Source: Candidatus Kaiserbacteria bacterium
Lineage (GTDB): Bacteria > Patescibacteriota > Minisyncoccia > Phycocordibacterales > JABMNX01
DNA length: 64,000 nt
Direction of reading: 5' to 3'
Assembly (NCBI GenBank): GCA_016186705.1
Contig: JACPLB010000001.1
Coordinates: 11,106 to 75,105, forward strand
Below the pieces are notes generated by a model. That model saw only the letters and a program-made list of their open reading frames with translations. It made no database searches and had not been told where the DNA came from. Below, piece by piece: positions 25,613 to 34,650 of this stretch. The stretch's first letter is position 1; every line of letters starts with the position of its first letter. Both the position numbers and the translations under genes were made by a program.

Positions 25613-25834
25613 TCAGTTGTTCGGAGCTTCAGGACCGAAGACCGGGATGACGTGCTCGTTTGCGTCTCGACGACGCGCTTCTTCCTCACGTTCACGCAGT
25701 TCTTCTGCGCGGTCATCAAGAATCTTCTGGCGTTCCCGCTTCCTTGCGGTCGCCATCCCTCCTTTGCGGCCGGCTCTGCGGAGAAACTCGCTCTCTCCTT
25801 GAACGACCGCCTTTTGGATATACTGTGGTTTCAC
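25613..25834 (-). CDS. Hypothetical small charged protein (73 aa, Arg/Glu-rich helix)
   Basis: ORF with ATARKRERQKILDDRAEELREREEEARRRD. Same strand as 25284..25598 in a different frame, 14 nt apart. Confidence 0.25.
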   Translation of the reverse strand: MKPQYIQKAVVQGESEFLRRAGRKGGMATARKRERQKILDDRAEELREREEEARRRDANEHVIPVFGPEAPNN

Positions 25835-25933
25835 TTTACACCTCTTTCATCTTTCAAAGAACTGTTTCGGAAAGGCTTGGGGGTCGCACACCTCTCTTGA
25901 GGCGTACGGACCCCCTCAAGCCCTGCCCTCTCT

Positions 25934-26266
25934 TTAGGACGCCAAGACGAACTCGACGTCGCGTATGCTCGGAAGCGGGGTATCCATAACCTCGATACCA
26001 ACCCTTCCGAGATCCTCCCGTAACCACTCAATCTCGTTTGGCATGTCGTACGACGGAACCTTCCGTCTGATATGCGCCGAGTGCCGTTCCGCGTCGCAGA
26101 AAATGTTTGATGTTTTTGAGAACACCTTGTGCATCTTCTTCACTCGCGCGAACGAGAACACTGTCCGCACGTGGTCGGGGATGATTGAGACCCCGATAAG
26201 GACGTCAGAAACTTTTTTCCCGACATTCTGCGGAAAAACCAGAAAACCGTTTACGTCTTTTTTCAT
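25934..26266 (-). CDS. Hypothetical protein (110 aa)
   Basis: ORF without a recognisable motif; ordinary composition. Confidence 0.4.
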   Translation of the reverse strand: MKKDVNGFLVFPQNVGKKVSDVLIGVSIIPDHVRTVFSFARVKKMHKVFSKTSNIFCDAERHSAHIRRKVPSYDMPNEIEWLREDLGRVGIEVMDTPLPSIRDVEFVLAS

Positions 26267-26347
26267 GAGCTCGTCTCCTTATCTGAGACGCGCTCCCCAT
26301 GAACTGCTATAGACTATATCACCTAAAATAGAAACTGTCAATAATGA

Positions 26348-26800
26348 CTAAGAGAGGAGCTCGTCAACGACTTCCTTTACATCCTTGCCGTCAGCTTTCC
26401 CTTTAAGCTCTTTCATAACGGCGCCAATGAGTATTCCCGCTTTTGATGTATCCGAAATCTGCAATTCCTGCTTTTTTGTTTCAACGACTGTGCGAATATC
26501 TTCCTTTTTCATTGTCTCAGGAAGGTATGTTTTCAATATGGCAAGCTCCGCTTTTTCATTGTCCGCCAGATCTTTTCTACCGCCTTTTTCAAATTGTTCA
26601 ATAGAGTCTTCCCGCGGTTTGACGCCGCGTTTGATGACTAAAAGCGCGCTTTCATCGTCAATTTTCTCGTCAGGTTTCTTTTTTTGGGCGACAAGCTCAT
26701 TCGTAAAGCCCGCGAGGAGTCCGCGAAGCACACTCACACGGAGCGTTTCCCGCGCTTTCATCGCACTCGTCAGTTCATTGCGAATCTTTTCGGCTATCAT
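26348..26800 (-). CDS. yqeY: GatB/YqeY-domain protein
   Basis: 150 aa; MIAEKIRNELTSAMKARE...RVSVLRGLLA..., typical of the YqeY family. Confidence 0.75.
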   Translation of the reverse strand: MIAEKIRNELTSAMKARETLRVSVLRGLLAGFTNELVAQKKKPDEKIDDESALLVIKRGVKPREDSIEQFEKGGRKDLADNEKAELAILKTYLPETMKKEDIRTVVETKKQELQISDTSKAGILIGAVMKELKGKADGKDVKEVVDELLS

Positions 26801-26876
26801 AGTGCTGTTTTACGTTTCAGTTATTTTAACAGTTTTAACATTCCGCACAACACAAGCTCTGATATAATAAAAAACA

Positions 26877-29588
26877 ATGAAAAAAGACTCGGCGGTACTT
26901 TGGCACACAACTCCGGTTTCCGACGCCGTCAAGACGCTTGCGACAGACGCGGAAGAGGGACTTTCGACCGAAGAAGCAGAGATTCGCCTGCTTCGGTACG
27001 GAAGAAACGAGCTCCGCAAAAAGCGAACGCTCGGTTTTTTCGGCACTATTCTCAAGCAGTTTAGGAGTCCGCTTGTCGTTATTCTTCTTTTTGCCGGACT
27101 GACAACGCTTTTTTTGGGCGTATATCTCGACACACTCGTCATTTTCATCGCTCTTTTCATAAATGTTTTCATCGGTGCATTTCAAGAGCGGCGAGCGAAC
27201 CAAGCGTTTGACAAATTGAATGAGTCACAGGAGAAATTCGCGACAGTCGTCCGTGACGGGAAGCGGGCGATTATTTCGGCTGAAGAGCTTGTTCGGGGCG
27301 ATATTGTCCTGCTTGAGGGCGGTATGTACGTATCGGCAGACATGCGGCTTATTGAGGGCAACAATCTGTCCGTGAATGAGGCGATGCTCACAGGAGAGTG
27401 GATAGCGGTCATGAAGGACGCGGAACAGACTCTTAAGGAAGACACCCCGCTCGTTGAACGGAACAATATGGCATGGATGGGAACTTTGATTGCTTCCGGT
27501 TACGGGAAAGGGGTCGTTATTGAGACGGGGGAGGAAACGGAAATGGGGCACATTGCCTCGGCGCTTCAGAGTGTGGAGGAGCGTCCGACGCCGCTCCAGC
27601 AGAATGTGCGGCACATCGCTCGATTCCTCGTCTACATCATTTTGGCGGCAACGGCGGTTATCTTTCTTCTCGGAATTTTTCAGGGCGAGACGTTCACAAA
27701 CATGCTCTTGGTGTCTATCGCTATCGCGGTCGCCTCAATGCCCGAAGGGCTTCCCGCGGCGGTCACTATCGTTCTTGCAATCGGCATGGAATCAATCCTC
27801 AAGAAGGGAGGTCTTGTGCGGAATCTTCTTGCCGCGGAGACACTCGGCTCAACGACCATTATTCTTACGGACAAGACTGGGACCTTGACTGAAGCAAAGA
27901 TGAAACTCTCCGGGCTCTACACGCTTGACGGACTTGAGGCGCGGCACTCGGAAGCGGAAGGGGACAATCACATGCTCCTTTCCTCGGCGATTCTCATCAC
28001 AAACGCGTTCATTGAGCAGAAAGACGAAAGCGAGCATGAAGGCGGAGACAGGCACATTGTCATTCACGGAGACCCTATGGAAACGGCACTCGTCTCGTAC
28101 GGCATTGATGCCGGAGTAATGCGGGAGGGGCTCCTTGCCGAATCCCCGCGGCTTGATTTCCTAAAGTTTGAATCACATCGGCGTTTTGCCGCCTCGCTCC
28201 ATTCGCACAAAGGAAGCACCTCAAACGCGCTCTACTGTATCGGCGCGCCGGAGCTTTTGCTTGAGAGAGCATCACGAGTGTATTACAAAGGAAAAGAGAC
28301 AATTCTTACGCCCGAATCGCGGGCTCGATTTTTGCGGCGACAAAGCGCGTTGAGCGGTGAAGGCTATCGCGTCATTGCACTTGCTGTAAAGGAAGTCGGC
28401 TTTGACCGCATTCCGGCAGATATCGGAGAAAAAGAGAAGAAAGAAAAAAAAGAGGATGAACGGCTCAAAAACATTACGTTTATCGGTCTTATTGCATTCT
28501 CGGACCCTGTGCGCGTCGATGTGAAGGAATCAATACGCACCATGCAGGAGGCGAGCATACGCGTTGTCATGCTCACGGGAGACAACCCGCAGACCGCGCG
28601 GCACGTTGCGCTCCAGAGTGGCATTGCGAAGCCTGACCACGAGGTGCTCATCGGGAAGGACATAGAGCGTTATTCCGATGCTGAACTCTATAGAGCGCTC
28701 TTACGCGTGCCCGTGTTCGCGCGCGTATTGCCTGAACAAAAACTCCGCATTGCCCACGTGCTCAAGGACCACAAAGAGGTCGTTGCGATGACCGGAGACG
28801 GCGTGAACGATGCTCCCGCGCTCCAGAGCGCGGATATCGGGGTTGCAGTGGGAAGCGGAACCGAGGTTGCGAAAGCGGCGTCAGACATTGTGCTTCTTGA
28901 TAACAGCTTCTCCATCATCGGAAGCGCCATTGAAGAGGGCAGGCGGATTATTGATAATCTTAAGAAAATCGTTTCCTATCTTCTTTCAACGAGTTTCAGC
29001 GAGATATTCGTCATCGGAGGCGCGCTTGCGTTTGGGGCACCCTTGCCCCTTTTGCCAGGACAGATTCTCTGGGCGAATATCGTTGAAGAAGGGTTCATGA
29101 GCTTCGCATTTGCGTTTGAGAAAGCGGAAGACGGCGTCATGAAGCGCAATCCAAAAGATAATCTCTCAAAACACATCTTGACGAAACGCATCAAAAAGCT
29201 CATTGCCATTACAAGTGTCATTACGGGAGTGTTTCTTATCGTGCTTTATTTCGCGCTTCGTTCGCTCGAGCTTCCGATTGAGGAGATTCGCACGCTCATG
29301 TTCGTCGCGCTCTCGCTTGATTCAATTTTCTTCGCCTTCTCATTCAAAAATCTGCACCGTCCGATTTGGGATATACCACTTAAGAGCAACAAATATCTCT
29401 TTCGCGCGCTTTCCATCAGCGTCGTGCTCCTCATCGGCGCGGTGACGCTTCCGCCGCTCCAGGAACTTCTCTCTTTGGTTTCACTCTCGTTTGTTGAATG
29501 GTTGTTTCTTGCCGGCGTGGGTCTCTTCAACCTATTCATGATTGAGACGCTCAAGTATTTTATATTTGAGCGCGTGCGGGCAAGATGA
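26877..29588 (+). CDS. P-type cation-transporting ATPase (type II, Ca2+/Mg2+-like)
   Basis: 903 aa with DKTGTLT, TGD, MLTGD/GDGVNDAPAL motifs and 10 TM. Confidence 0.85.
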   Translation: MKKDSAVLWHTTPVSDAVKTLATDAEEGLSTEEAEIRLLRYGRNELRKKRTLGFFGTILKQFRSPLVVILLFAGLTTLFLGVYLDTLVIFIALFINVFIGAFQERRANQAFDKLNESQEKFATVVRDGKRAIISAEELVRGDIVLLEGGMYVSADMRLIEGNNLSVNEAMLTGEWIAVMKDAEQTLKEDTPLVERNNMAWMGTLIASGYGKGVVIETGEETEMGHIASALQSVEERPTPLQQNVRHIARFLVYIILAATAVIFLLGIFQGETFTNMLLVSIAIAVASMPEGLPAAVTIVLAIGMESILKKGGLVRNLLAAETLGSTTIILTDKTGTLTEAKMKLSGLYTLDGLEARHSEAEGDNHMLLSSAILITNAFIEQKDESEHEGGDRHIVIHGDPMETALVSYGIDAGVMREGLLAESPRLDFLKFESHRRFAASLHSHKGSTSNALYCIGAPELLLERASRVYYKGKETILTPESRARFLRRQSALSGEGYRVIALAVKEVGFDRIPADIGEKEKKEKKEDERLKNITFIGLIAFSDPVRVDVKESIRTMQEASIRVVMLTGDNPQTARHVALQSGIAKPDHEVLIGKDIERYSDAELYRALLRVPVFARVLPEQKLRIAHVLKDHKEVVAMTGDGVNDAPALQSADIGVAVGSGTEVAKAASDIVLLDNSFSIIGSAIEEGRRIIDNLKKIVSYLLSTSFSEIFVIGGALAFGAPLPLLPGQILWANIVEEGFMSFAFAFEKAEDGVMKRNPKDNLSKHILTKRIKKLIAITSVITGVFLIVLYFALRSLELPIEEIRTLMFVALSLDSIFFAFSFKNLHRPIWDIPLKSNKYLFRALSISVVLLIGAVTLPPLQELLSLVSLSFVEWLFLAGVGLFNLFMIETLKYFIFERVRAR

Positions 29589-29600
29589 TAAAATAATGGA

Positions 29601-30656
29601 ATGGATTTCACTTCTCTTGCGTTTCTTGTGTTCATCGTCGTCGCGCTCAACGCCCTTGTATTGTGGGTTATTTTCAGGCATACAAACGGAAAGCGGGGAG
29701 AAGGTGAGGGGATGCTCCTCATACAGAAAGACATTCAGGAATTGCGGAATACAGTTGACCGGAAGCTCGGAGAGAGCACGGAGCGCATTCACGAATCGGT
29801 CAAGGCGCAGTTGGGTGAGTCGGGGCGGCTCATCAAAGAAATCACGGAGGAACTCACGCACGTGAAGAACACGGGAAAGCGTGTTGAAAGCTTTGCCGAA
29901 CAGCTTCAGAACTTACAGGACATTCTCCAAAATCCGAAGCAAAGAGGTGTCTTGGGTGAGTACTATCTTGAGACCGTGCTTAAAAACGTGCTTCCGCCGG
30001 GAGGATTTCAGATGCAGTACCGGTTCTCCGACGGGGAAATCGTGGACGCCGTCATTTTTCTTGACAAGGGCAAAGTGCTTCCGATTGACTCAAAGTTTTC
30101 ATTGGAAAATTACAACCGCCTGCTTGAGACGCGCGACAAAGGCGAGCGCGAACGGCTCGTAAAGGCGTTCAAGGGTGATTTGAAAATGCGCATTGACGAG
30201 ACGGCGAAGTACGTCCGACCGTCGGAGAATACGATGGATTTTGCGTTCATGTTTATTCCGTCCGAAGGGGTATATTATGACCTCCTTGTGGGGCAGGTTG
30301 GTGAAATTTCCTCGCGGGACTTGATTGAGTACGCGTTCCAGCAGAAGAAGGTGATTATCGTCTCGCCGACTTCGTTCATGGCATATCTTCAGACCGTGAT
30401 GCAGGGGCTTCGTGCGCTTCAAATTGAGGAGTCGGCGAAAGAGATACGGAAACGCGTCGAGGAGCTTGGGCGGCACATCGGTAAGTATGACGATTTCATG
30501 CAAAAACTCGGAATAAACCTCGGCACAACGGTTAATTCATATAACACTGCGTACAAAGAGCTCAAGAAGATAGACAAGGATGTTTTGCGCATTAGTGGGG
30601 TCAATTCCGACATTGAGGTTTTGGAAGTAGGGAAGCCAGAGAGAGGAGAAGAATAA
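29601..30656 (+). CDS. rmuC: DNA recombination protein RmuC
   Basis: N-terminal TM, long coiled-coil and the RmuC C-terminal core (FAFMFIPSEGVYYDL...). Confidence 0.75.
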   Translation: MDFTSLAFLVFIVVALNALVLWVIFRHTNGKRGEGEGMLLIQKDIQELRNTVDRKLGESTERIHESVKAQLGESGRLIKEITEELTHVKNTGKRVESFAEQLQNLQDILQNPKQRGVLGEYYLETVLKNVLPPGGFQMQYRFSDGEIVDAVIFLDKGKVLPIDSKFSLENYNRLLETRDKGERERLVKAFKGDLKMRIDETAKYVRPSENTMDFAFMFIPSEGVYYDLLVGQVGEISSRDLIEYAFQQKKVIIVSPTSFMAYLQTVMQGLRALQIEESAKEIRKRVEELGRHIGKYDDFMQKLGINLGTTVNSYNTAYKELKKIDKDVLRISGVNSDIEVLEVGKPERGEE

Positions 30657-30748
30657 GAAACGCCTCATATACATGGGTTATTTATTTTGGCTTACAAAAG
30701 CCCTTTTTGGCTTGCCTTTTGAAGAGGTTTTCTGTATGATGGCACTCT

Positions 30749-31174
30749 ATGGCTGTTATACGAGAGATGAAAAAAAACGCACCCGTGAAAGATGTGGCAG
30801 GGAAAAAGACGGAGAAAAAGCCCGCCAAGAAAACCGTTAAAAAGGTGCGAAATACGGAGGAGTTTGCGGTTATTGAGACCGGCGGAAAGCAGTACGTCGT
30901 CACGGAAGGTGACGTGATTACGATTGAAAAGCTCTCGGGCGATTTTAAAGCGGGGGACAGAGTTACTTTTGATAAGGTACTTCTTGTTGATAACGGCAAG
31001 GACACGACTATCGGCACTCCGTACATCAAAGGAGCGAAAGTCGTCGGCTCATTTGAAGAGACAGGGAAGGGGAAGAAAATCTACATCATCAAGTTTAAAT
31101 CAAAATCTCGCTACGCACGGAAAGCCGGACATCGCCAGCCGTATACGAAGGTTCGCATAGAAGCGTTGAAGTAA
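30749..31174 (+). CDS. rplU: 50S ribosomal protein L21 with a Lys-rich N-terminal extension
   Basis: FAVIETGGKQYVVTEGDVI... core; the extension is KKTEKKPAKKTVKK. Confidence 0.85.
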   Translation: MAVIREMKKNAPVKDVAGKKTEKKPAKKTVKKVRNTEEFAVIETGGKQYVVTEGDVITIEKLSGDFKAGDRVTFDKVLLVDNGKDTTIGTPYIKGAKVVGSFEETGKGKKIYIIKFKSKSRYARKAGHRQPYTKVRIEALK

Positions 31175-31234
31175 AAACAGAAACCGCCTCGCCAAGAGAA
31201 CGACAAGGTCGGTCTCTGTGGCAGGCGGGTAGAT

Positions 31235-31519
31235 TTAGAGAAGCCCCGCAAAAGGGGTGAAGTGCAGATTGCGGCTGATGTGCCGAAAGTTTTCCTCGTC
31301 ACCACCACCGACCACGATTTCGTCGGTAAGTAGGTTTTTCGGACCAAGGTCGACGACGATGACACTTGAGTCGTCGAGATGCTGTGTCACTTCCTGCCGG
31401 ACCTTTTCAGGAGGAACGGTCACCCTCCAAGGATGGAACGCCGGACATGCCGTGACTGAACCGTCGGGATTCTTGATAAGAGCCCCGAGGACGAAAGACC
31501 GCGAAAAGTTAAACTTCAT
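31235..31519 (-). CDS. Hypothetical protein (~94 aa)
   Basis: ORF from an internal ATG (MKFNFSRSF...); a TTG start is possible 6 codons upstream. No family assignment. Confidence 0.35.
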   Translation of the reverse strand: MKFNFSRSFVLGALIKNPDGSVTACPAFHPWRVTVPPEKVRQEVTQHLDDSSVIVVDLGPKNLLTDEIVVGGGDEENFRHISRNLHFTPFAGLL

Positions 31520-31586
31520 TTTTCGTTCTCCTTCCAAACTTAACCTTAGATATTTATATCACAAAAGTACACATAGAGCAATTTAT

Positions 31587-32195
31587 CTACACTCGATTTT
31601 TTAGGGCGTTTTTGATGGTTTCGGGGTCGGAGTATTCGAGTTCCAATCCGGTAGAGAGACCGCGCCCGAGCGTTGAGATTTTTATATCACTCTTTTTTAA
31701 GAGCGGTTCAAGCACTTTTCGCACATACTCCGCCGTATTCTCTCCGTCGGGATTTACGGAAAAGGCGAAAATGACTTCTTTAAGTCCGTCTTTCGCCCGC
31801 TTTTCCACTGTTTCAATCAACTCTTTCTCCCGAATCAATGTGCTGGGATTCTTATCAAGAATCGGCACGGTTCCGCCGATGACAAAATAGTAGCCGTCGT
31901 AATCTTTCGTCCGCTCTATATTATCAAGGTCAACGTCTTTTTGAACCAACATCAGAAGTTCTTTGTTGCGGTTCGCGTTGCCGCAGACAGAGCATATGTC
32001 GGCGCGGTTTGAGTGAAAACGAAAACACGACACGCATACTTTTGTGTCGTCTTTAAGCGTGCCAATAAGGCGCATGAGTTCCTGCCGGTAGCTCTGCGGA
32101 GAAGAGAGGAGAAAATAAACAAAACGCTCTGCTTGCCGGGGACCGATGCCGGGGAACTTGATAAACATCCTCATTAATTTTTGAATTGTATCCAT
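31587..32195 (-). CDS. recR: Recombination protein RecR
   Basis: KFPGIGPRQAERF HhH, a C4 zinc finger (CVSCFRFHSNRADICSVC) and a Toprim region. Confidence 0.85.
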   Translation of the reverse strand: MDTIQKLMRMFIKFPGIGPRQAERFVYFLLSSPQSYRQELMRLIGTLKDDTKVCVSCFRFHSNRADICSVCGNANRNKELLMLVQKDVDLDNIERTKDYDGYYFVIGGTVPILDKNPSTLIREKELIETVEKRAKDGLKEVIFAFSVNPDGENTAEYVRKVLEPLLKKSDIKISTLGRGLSTGLELEYSDPETIKNALKNRV

Positions 32196-32200
32196 TGTGG

Positions 32201-32231
32201 AGCTTGTAGCTTTCAGGTTTTAGCTTTTAGG
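32201..32231 (-). repeat. AAGCT-heptad element copy (minus-strand reading CCTAAAAGCTAAAACCTGAAAGCTACAAGCT) 5 nt upstream of the recR ATG
   Basis: Same orientation as the downstream gene. Confidence 0.7.
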
Positions 32232-32238
32232 CAATGCG

Positions 32239-33600
32239 TTAGACACTTTCTTTCTCGGCGCCTCTAAAATCACTCTTCTCGATAGAAAGGAAGGTCGCTT
32301 TCTGCTCGTCAAAGTAGAGCTCGATTTTTCCGGTCGGTCCGTTTCGATGTTTTTCAACGAGAATTTCGGCAATGTTCGGGCGCTCTGAATTTTCGTTCAT
32401 CTTGTCGTCGCGGTGAATGAACATGACAACGTCCGCGTCCTGTTCAATGGAGCCGGAGTCGCGGAGGTCAGAGAGGCGCGGACGGCCACGGCGCTGTTCA
32501 ACCGCTCGGGAGAGCTGGGAGAGCGCAAGGACGGGGGTGTCGAGCTCTCGCGCCATGCCTTTAAGCGCTCGCGAAATTTCGGTCACTTGCTGAACCATTG
32601 AGTCGGACTGCCTGTTGTGCGTCGGCAAAATAAGCTGGAGGTAGTCAACGATGATGAGACCGAGGTCTTTCTCGTGTTTCAGGCGGCGCGCCACGGAGCG
32701 CATCTGAAGCACGTTGTTTGACGCTTTGTCGTCAATGTAAATCGGCGCTTGGGAGAGGGTGTGAAGCGCCGCCTGGAGCTTGTCAAACTCGTCTTGGGTC
32801 GTGAGTTTCCCCGTGCGGAGCTTCCAGGCGTTTACGTAGGATTGCGCGGCAAGCATGCGGTCAACGAGCTGTTGAGCGCTCATTTCAAGCGAGAAGATGC
32901 CAACGGGCGTCTTGTGGTGCACTGCGGCTTGCCGCGCGATATCAAGCGCAAGCGACGTTTTTCCCATTGACGGACGGGCGGCGAGAATAATGAGGTCTGA
33001 CTTCTGGAATCCCGCGAGGAGGTTGTCGAGCTCGCGAAAGCCGCTCTTGATGCCGCGAAGTTCGTCTTTAGATTGGTGGAGCCGTTCGAGCCGCTCCCAT
33101 GCTTCCGAGAGCGTGTCTTTCAGCGCGATGAATTTCTGGAGGGTAGGGGAGTTTGTAACTTCAAGTATTCTTGACTGCGCCGAGTCAAGCACGTGCTCGA
33201 TGTCGCTGTCTTCCTCGTATCCCAGTTCGGAGATGTTGTCCGCCGCCGAGATGAGGTTGCGCATCATTGATTTTTTCTGCACAATTTCCGCGTAGTGTTT
33301 GATGTTTGCCGCGGACGGAACAAAGTGCACAAGCTCCGAGAGATACGCGCCGCCGCCGATTTGTTCAAGCTGTTTTTTCTCTTTGAGTTTGGTTGAGAGC
33401 GAGAGGATGTCAATCGGCTCCGTTTTCTCGAGAAGTTCAAGCATGGAGCCGTAAATGACGCGGTGCTTTTCGCTGTAAAAAGAGTCCGGTTTTACTATCT
33501 CAATGATTTCATACATCACTTCGGGCTTCAGCATAATGGAGCCGAGGAGCGCTTTTTCGGCGTCGATGCTTTGCGGAGGAATGCGGAGGTCGCTTGCCAT
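32239..33600 (-). CDS. dnaB: Replicative DNA helicase DnaB
   Basis: 453 aa with the N-terminal DnaB domain and Walker A (ARPSMGKTSLAL) plus RecA-like motifs. Confidence 0.9.
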   Translation of the reverse strand: MASDLRIPPQSIDAEKALLGSIMLKPEVMYEIIEIVKPDSFYSEKHRVIYGSMLELLEKTEPIDILSLSTKLKEKKQLEQIGGGAYLSELVHFVPSAANIKHYAEIVQKKSMMRNLISAADNISELGYEEDSDIEHVLDSAQSRILEVTNSPTLQKFIALKDTLSEAWERLERLHQSKDELRGIKSGFRELDNLLAGFQKSDLIILAARPSMGKTSLALDIARQAAVHHKTPVGIFSLEMSAQQLVDRMLAAQSYVNAWKLRTGKLTTQDEFDKLQAALHTLSQAPIYIDDKASNNVLQMRSVARRLKHEKDLGLIIVDYLQLILPTHNRQSDSMVQQVTEISRALKGMARELDTPVLALSQLSRAVEQRRGRPRLSDLRDSGSIEQDADVVMFIHRDDKMNENSERPNIAEILVEKHRNGPTGKIELYFDEQKATFLSIEKSDFRGAEKESV

Positions 33601-33696
33601 CCGAGCATTGTATCACAATGAAAATCACAGAGAATCTGGACACCGTGAGTATCATGTGTCTAGCGTGGGGACACCGTCTTCTTATTAGTTAGTTTT

Positions 33697-34629
33697 CTAA
33701 CTAATCCTTATAATTTGTTTACTAAATGTCGAATGAATATCTATATTTCCCGTGCCTTTTACAGCTTTTCCTATAACGTAAGATCCATCAATATTTTTTA
33801 TAACATTTTCAACTACATTTGAAGGTACGCTCAAAACAAAACCAACCCCGCAATTAAAAGTTCTGTACATTTCTTTGTCAGAAATGCCTCTAGAGTAGAG
33901 TTCATAGAATATATTTTGCGGCTTTCTTAAACCGTCTATAATCAAGTCCGTGTCTTTTGAAACATCCTGCAATTTAGTGAATGCTCCGCCGGTCAAGTGC
34001 ATCATTCCGTGGACTGGATATGTTTCGCATATATTCAACACCTCATCCAGATAAATTTTCGTTGGTTCTACAAATTCTTTCCTGAACTCATTTCCAAAAA
34101 CTTTCCTGACTTTAGTAAATCCGTTTGAATGTAAACCACCACTTTTAATACCAATAAGTACATCTCCATCATGTATCGCATTTAATTGAGGGTGTTTTAT
34201 AAATCCTGATACTGTCATGCTAATATCAAAACTTTTAGAAAAATTATGCACTGAAGTCTCACCTCCTGTTATTACAATCTTTCTCTTTAAACACTCCTTT
34301 GCAAGCGTCTCAATAATAAAAAGAATGATTTCGTGATTATCTTCTGGCAATACGATATGGTTTTGGAGTTTATACGGGTACGCCTTTACAAGCGCAAGAT
34401 CGTTTAGATTCATAGCGAGCGCATCAAGTACTGCGTTTTTGTACGTCTTTTCCCTCCAATGATATGCTGCTTTAGTGCCTATGCCGTCCGTGTGGTCAAC
34501 TTCTGTATAGTTGAATTTCCTCTCAAAAATTGGATATATCCCTCTGGTTATTTTTAAATATTGAGAATTCCAGGTCTTTTCTATAACGTTAAGAATCTGT
34601 TTCTTATACGGCTTACTAGTTTCATACAT
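33697..34629 (-). CDS. PurM-like (AIR synthase superfamily) protein; AT-rich relative to neighbours
   Basis: DGIGTKAAY, ITGGETS and HGMMHLTGGAF motifs. GC content is visibly lower than flanking dnaB/cysS. Confidence 0.6.
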   Translation of the reverse strand: MYETSKPYKKQILNVIEKTWNSQYLKITRGIYPIFERKFNYTEVDHTDGIGTKAAYHWREKTYKNAVLDALAMNLNDLALVKAYPYKLQNHIVLPEDNHEIILFIIETLAKECLKRKIVITGGETSVHNFSKSFDISMTVSGFIKHPQLNAIHDGDVLIGIKSGGLHSNGFTKVRKVFGNEFRKEFVEPTKIYLDEVLNICETYPVHGMMHLTGGAFTKLQDVSKDTDLIIDGLRKPQNIFYELYSRGISDKEMYRTFNCGVGFVLSVPSNVVENVIKNIDGSYVIGKAVKGTGNIDIHSTFSKQIIRIS

Positions 34630-34650
34630 ATAGAGAATAATGAAATTCCT

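Noticed and set aside
25419-25802. 127-aa plus-strand ORF over the polypyrimidine tract
   Set aside because: Its Ser/Arg/Pro-rich translation comes from the pyrimidine run. The minus-strand frames were kept at low confidence, but coding status is uncertain on both strands.
27225-29734. Multiple 60-160-aa ORFs on both strands inside the P-type ATPase gene
   Set aside because: They are shadow ORFs within a 903-aa gene with a full set of P-type ATPase motifs.
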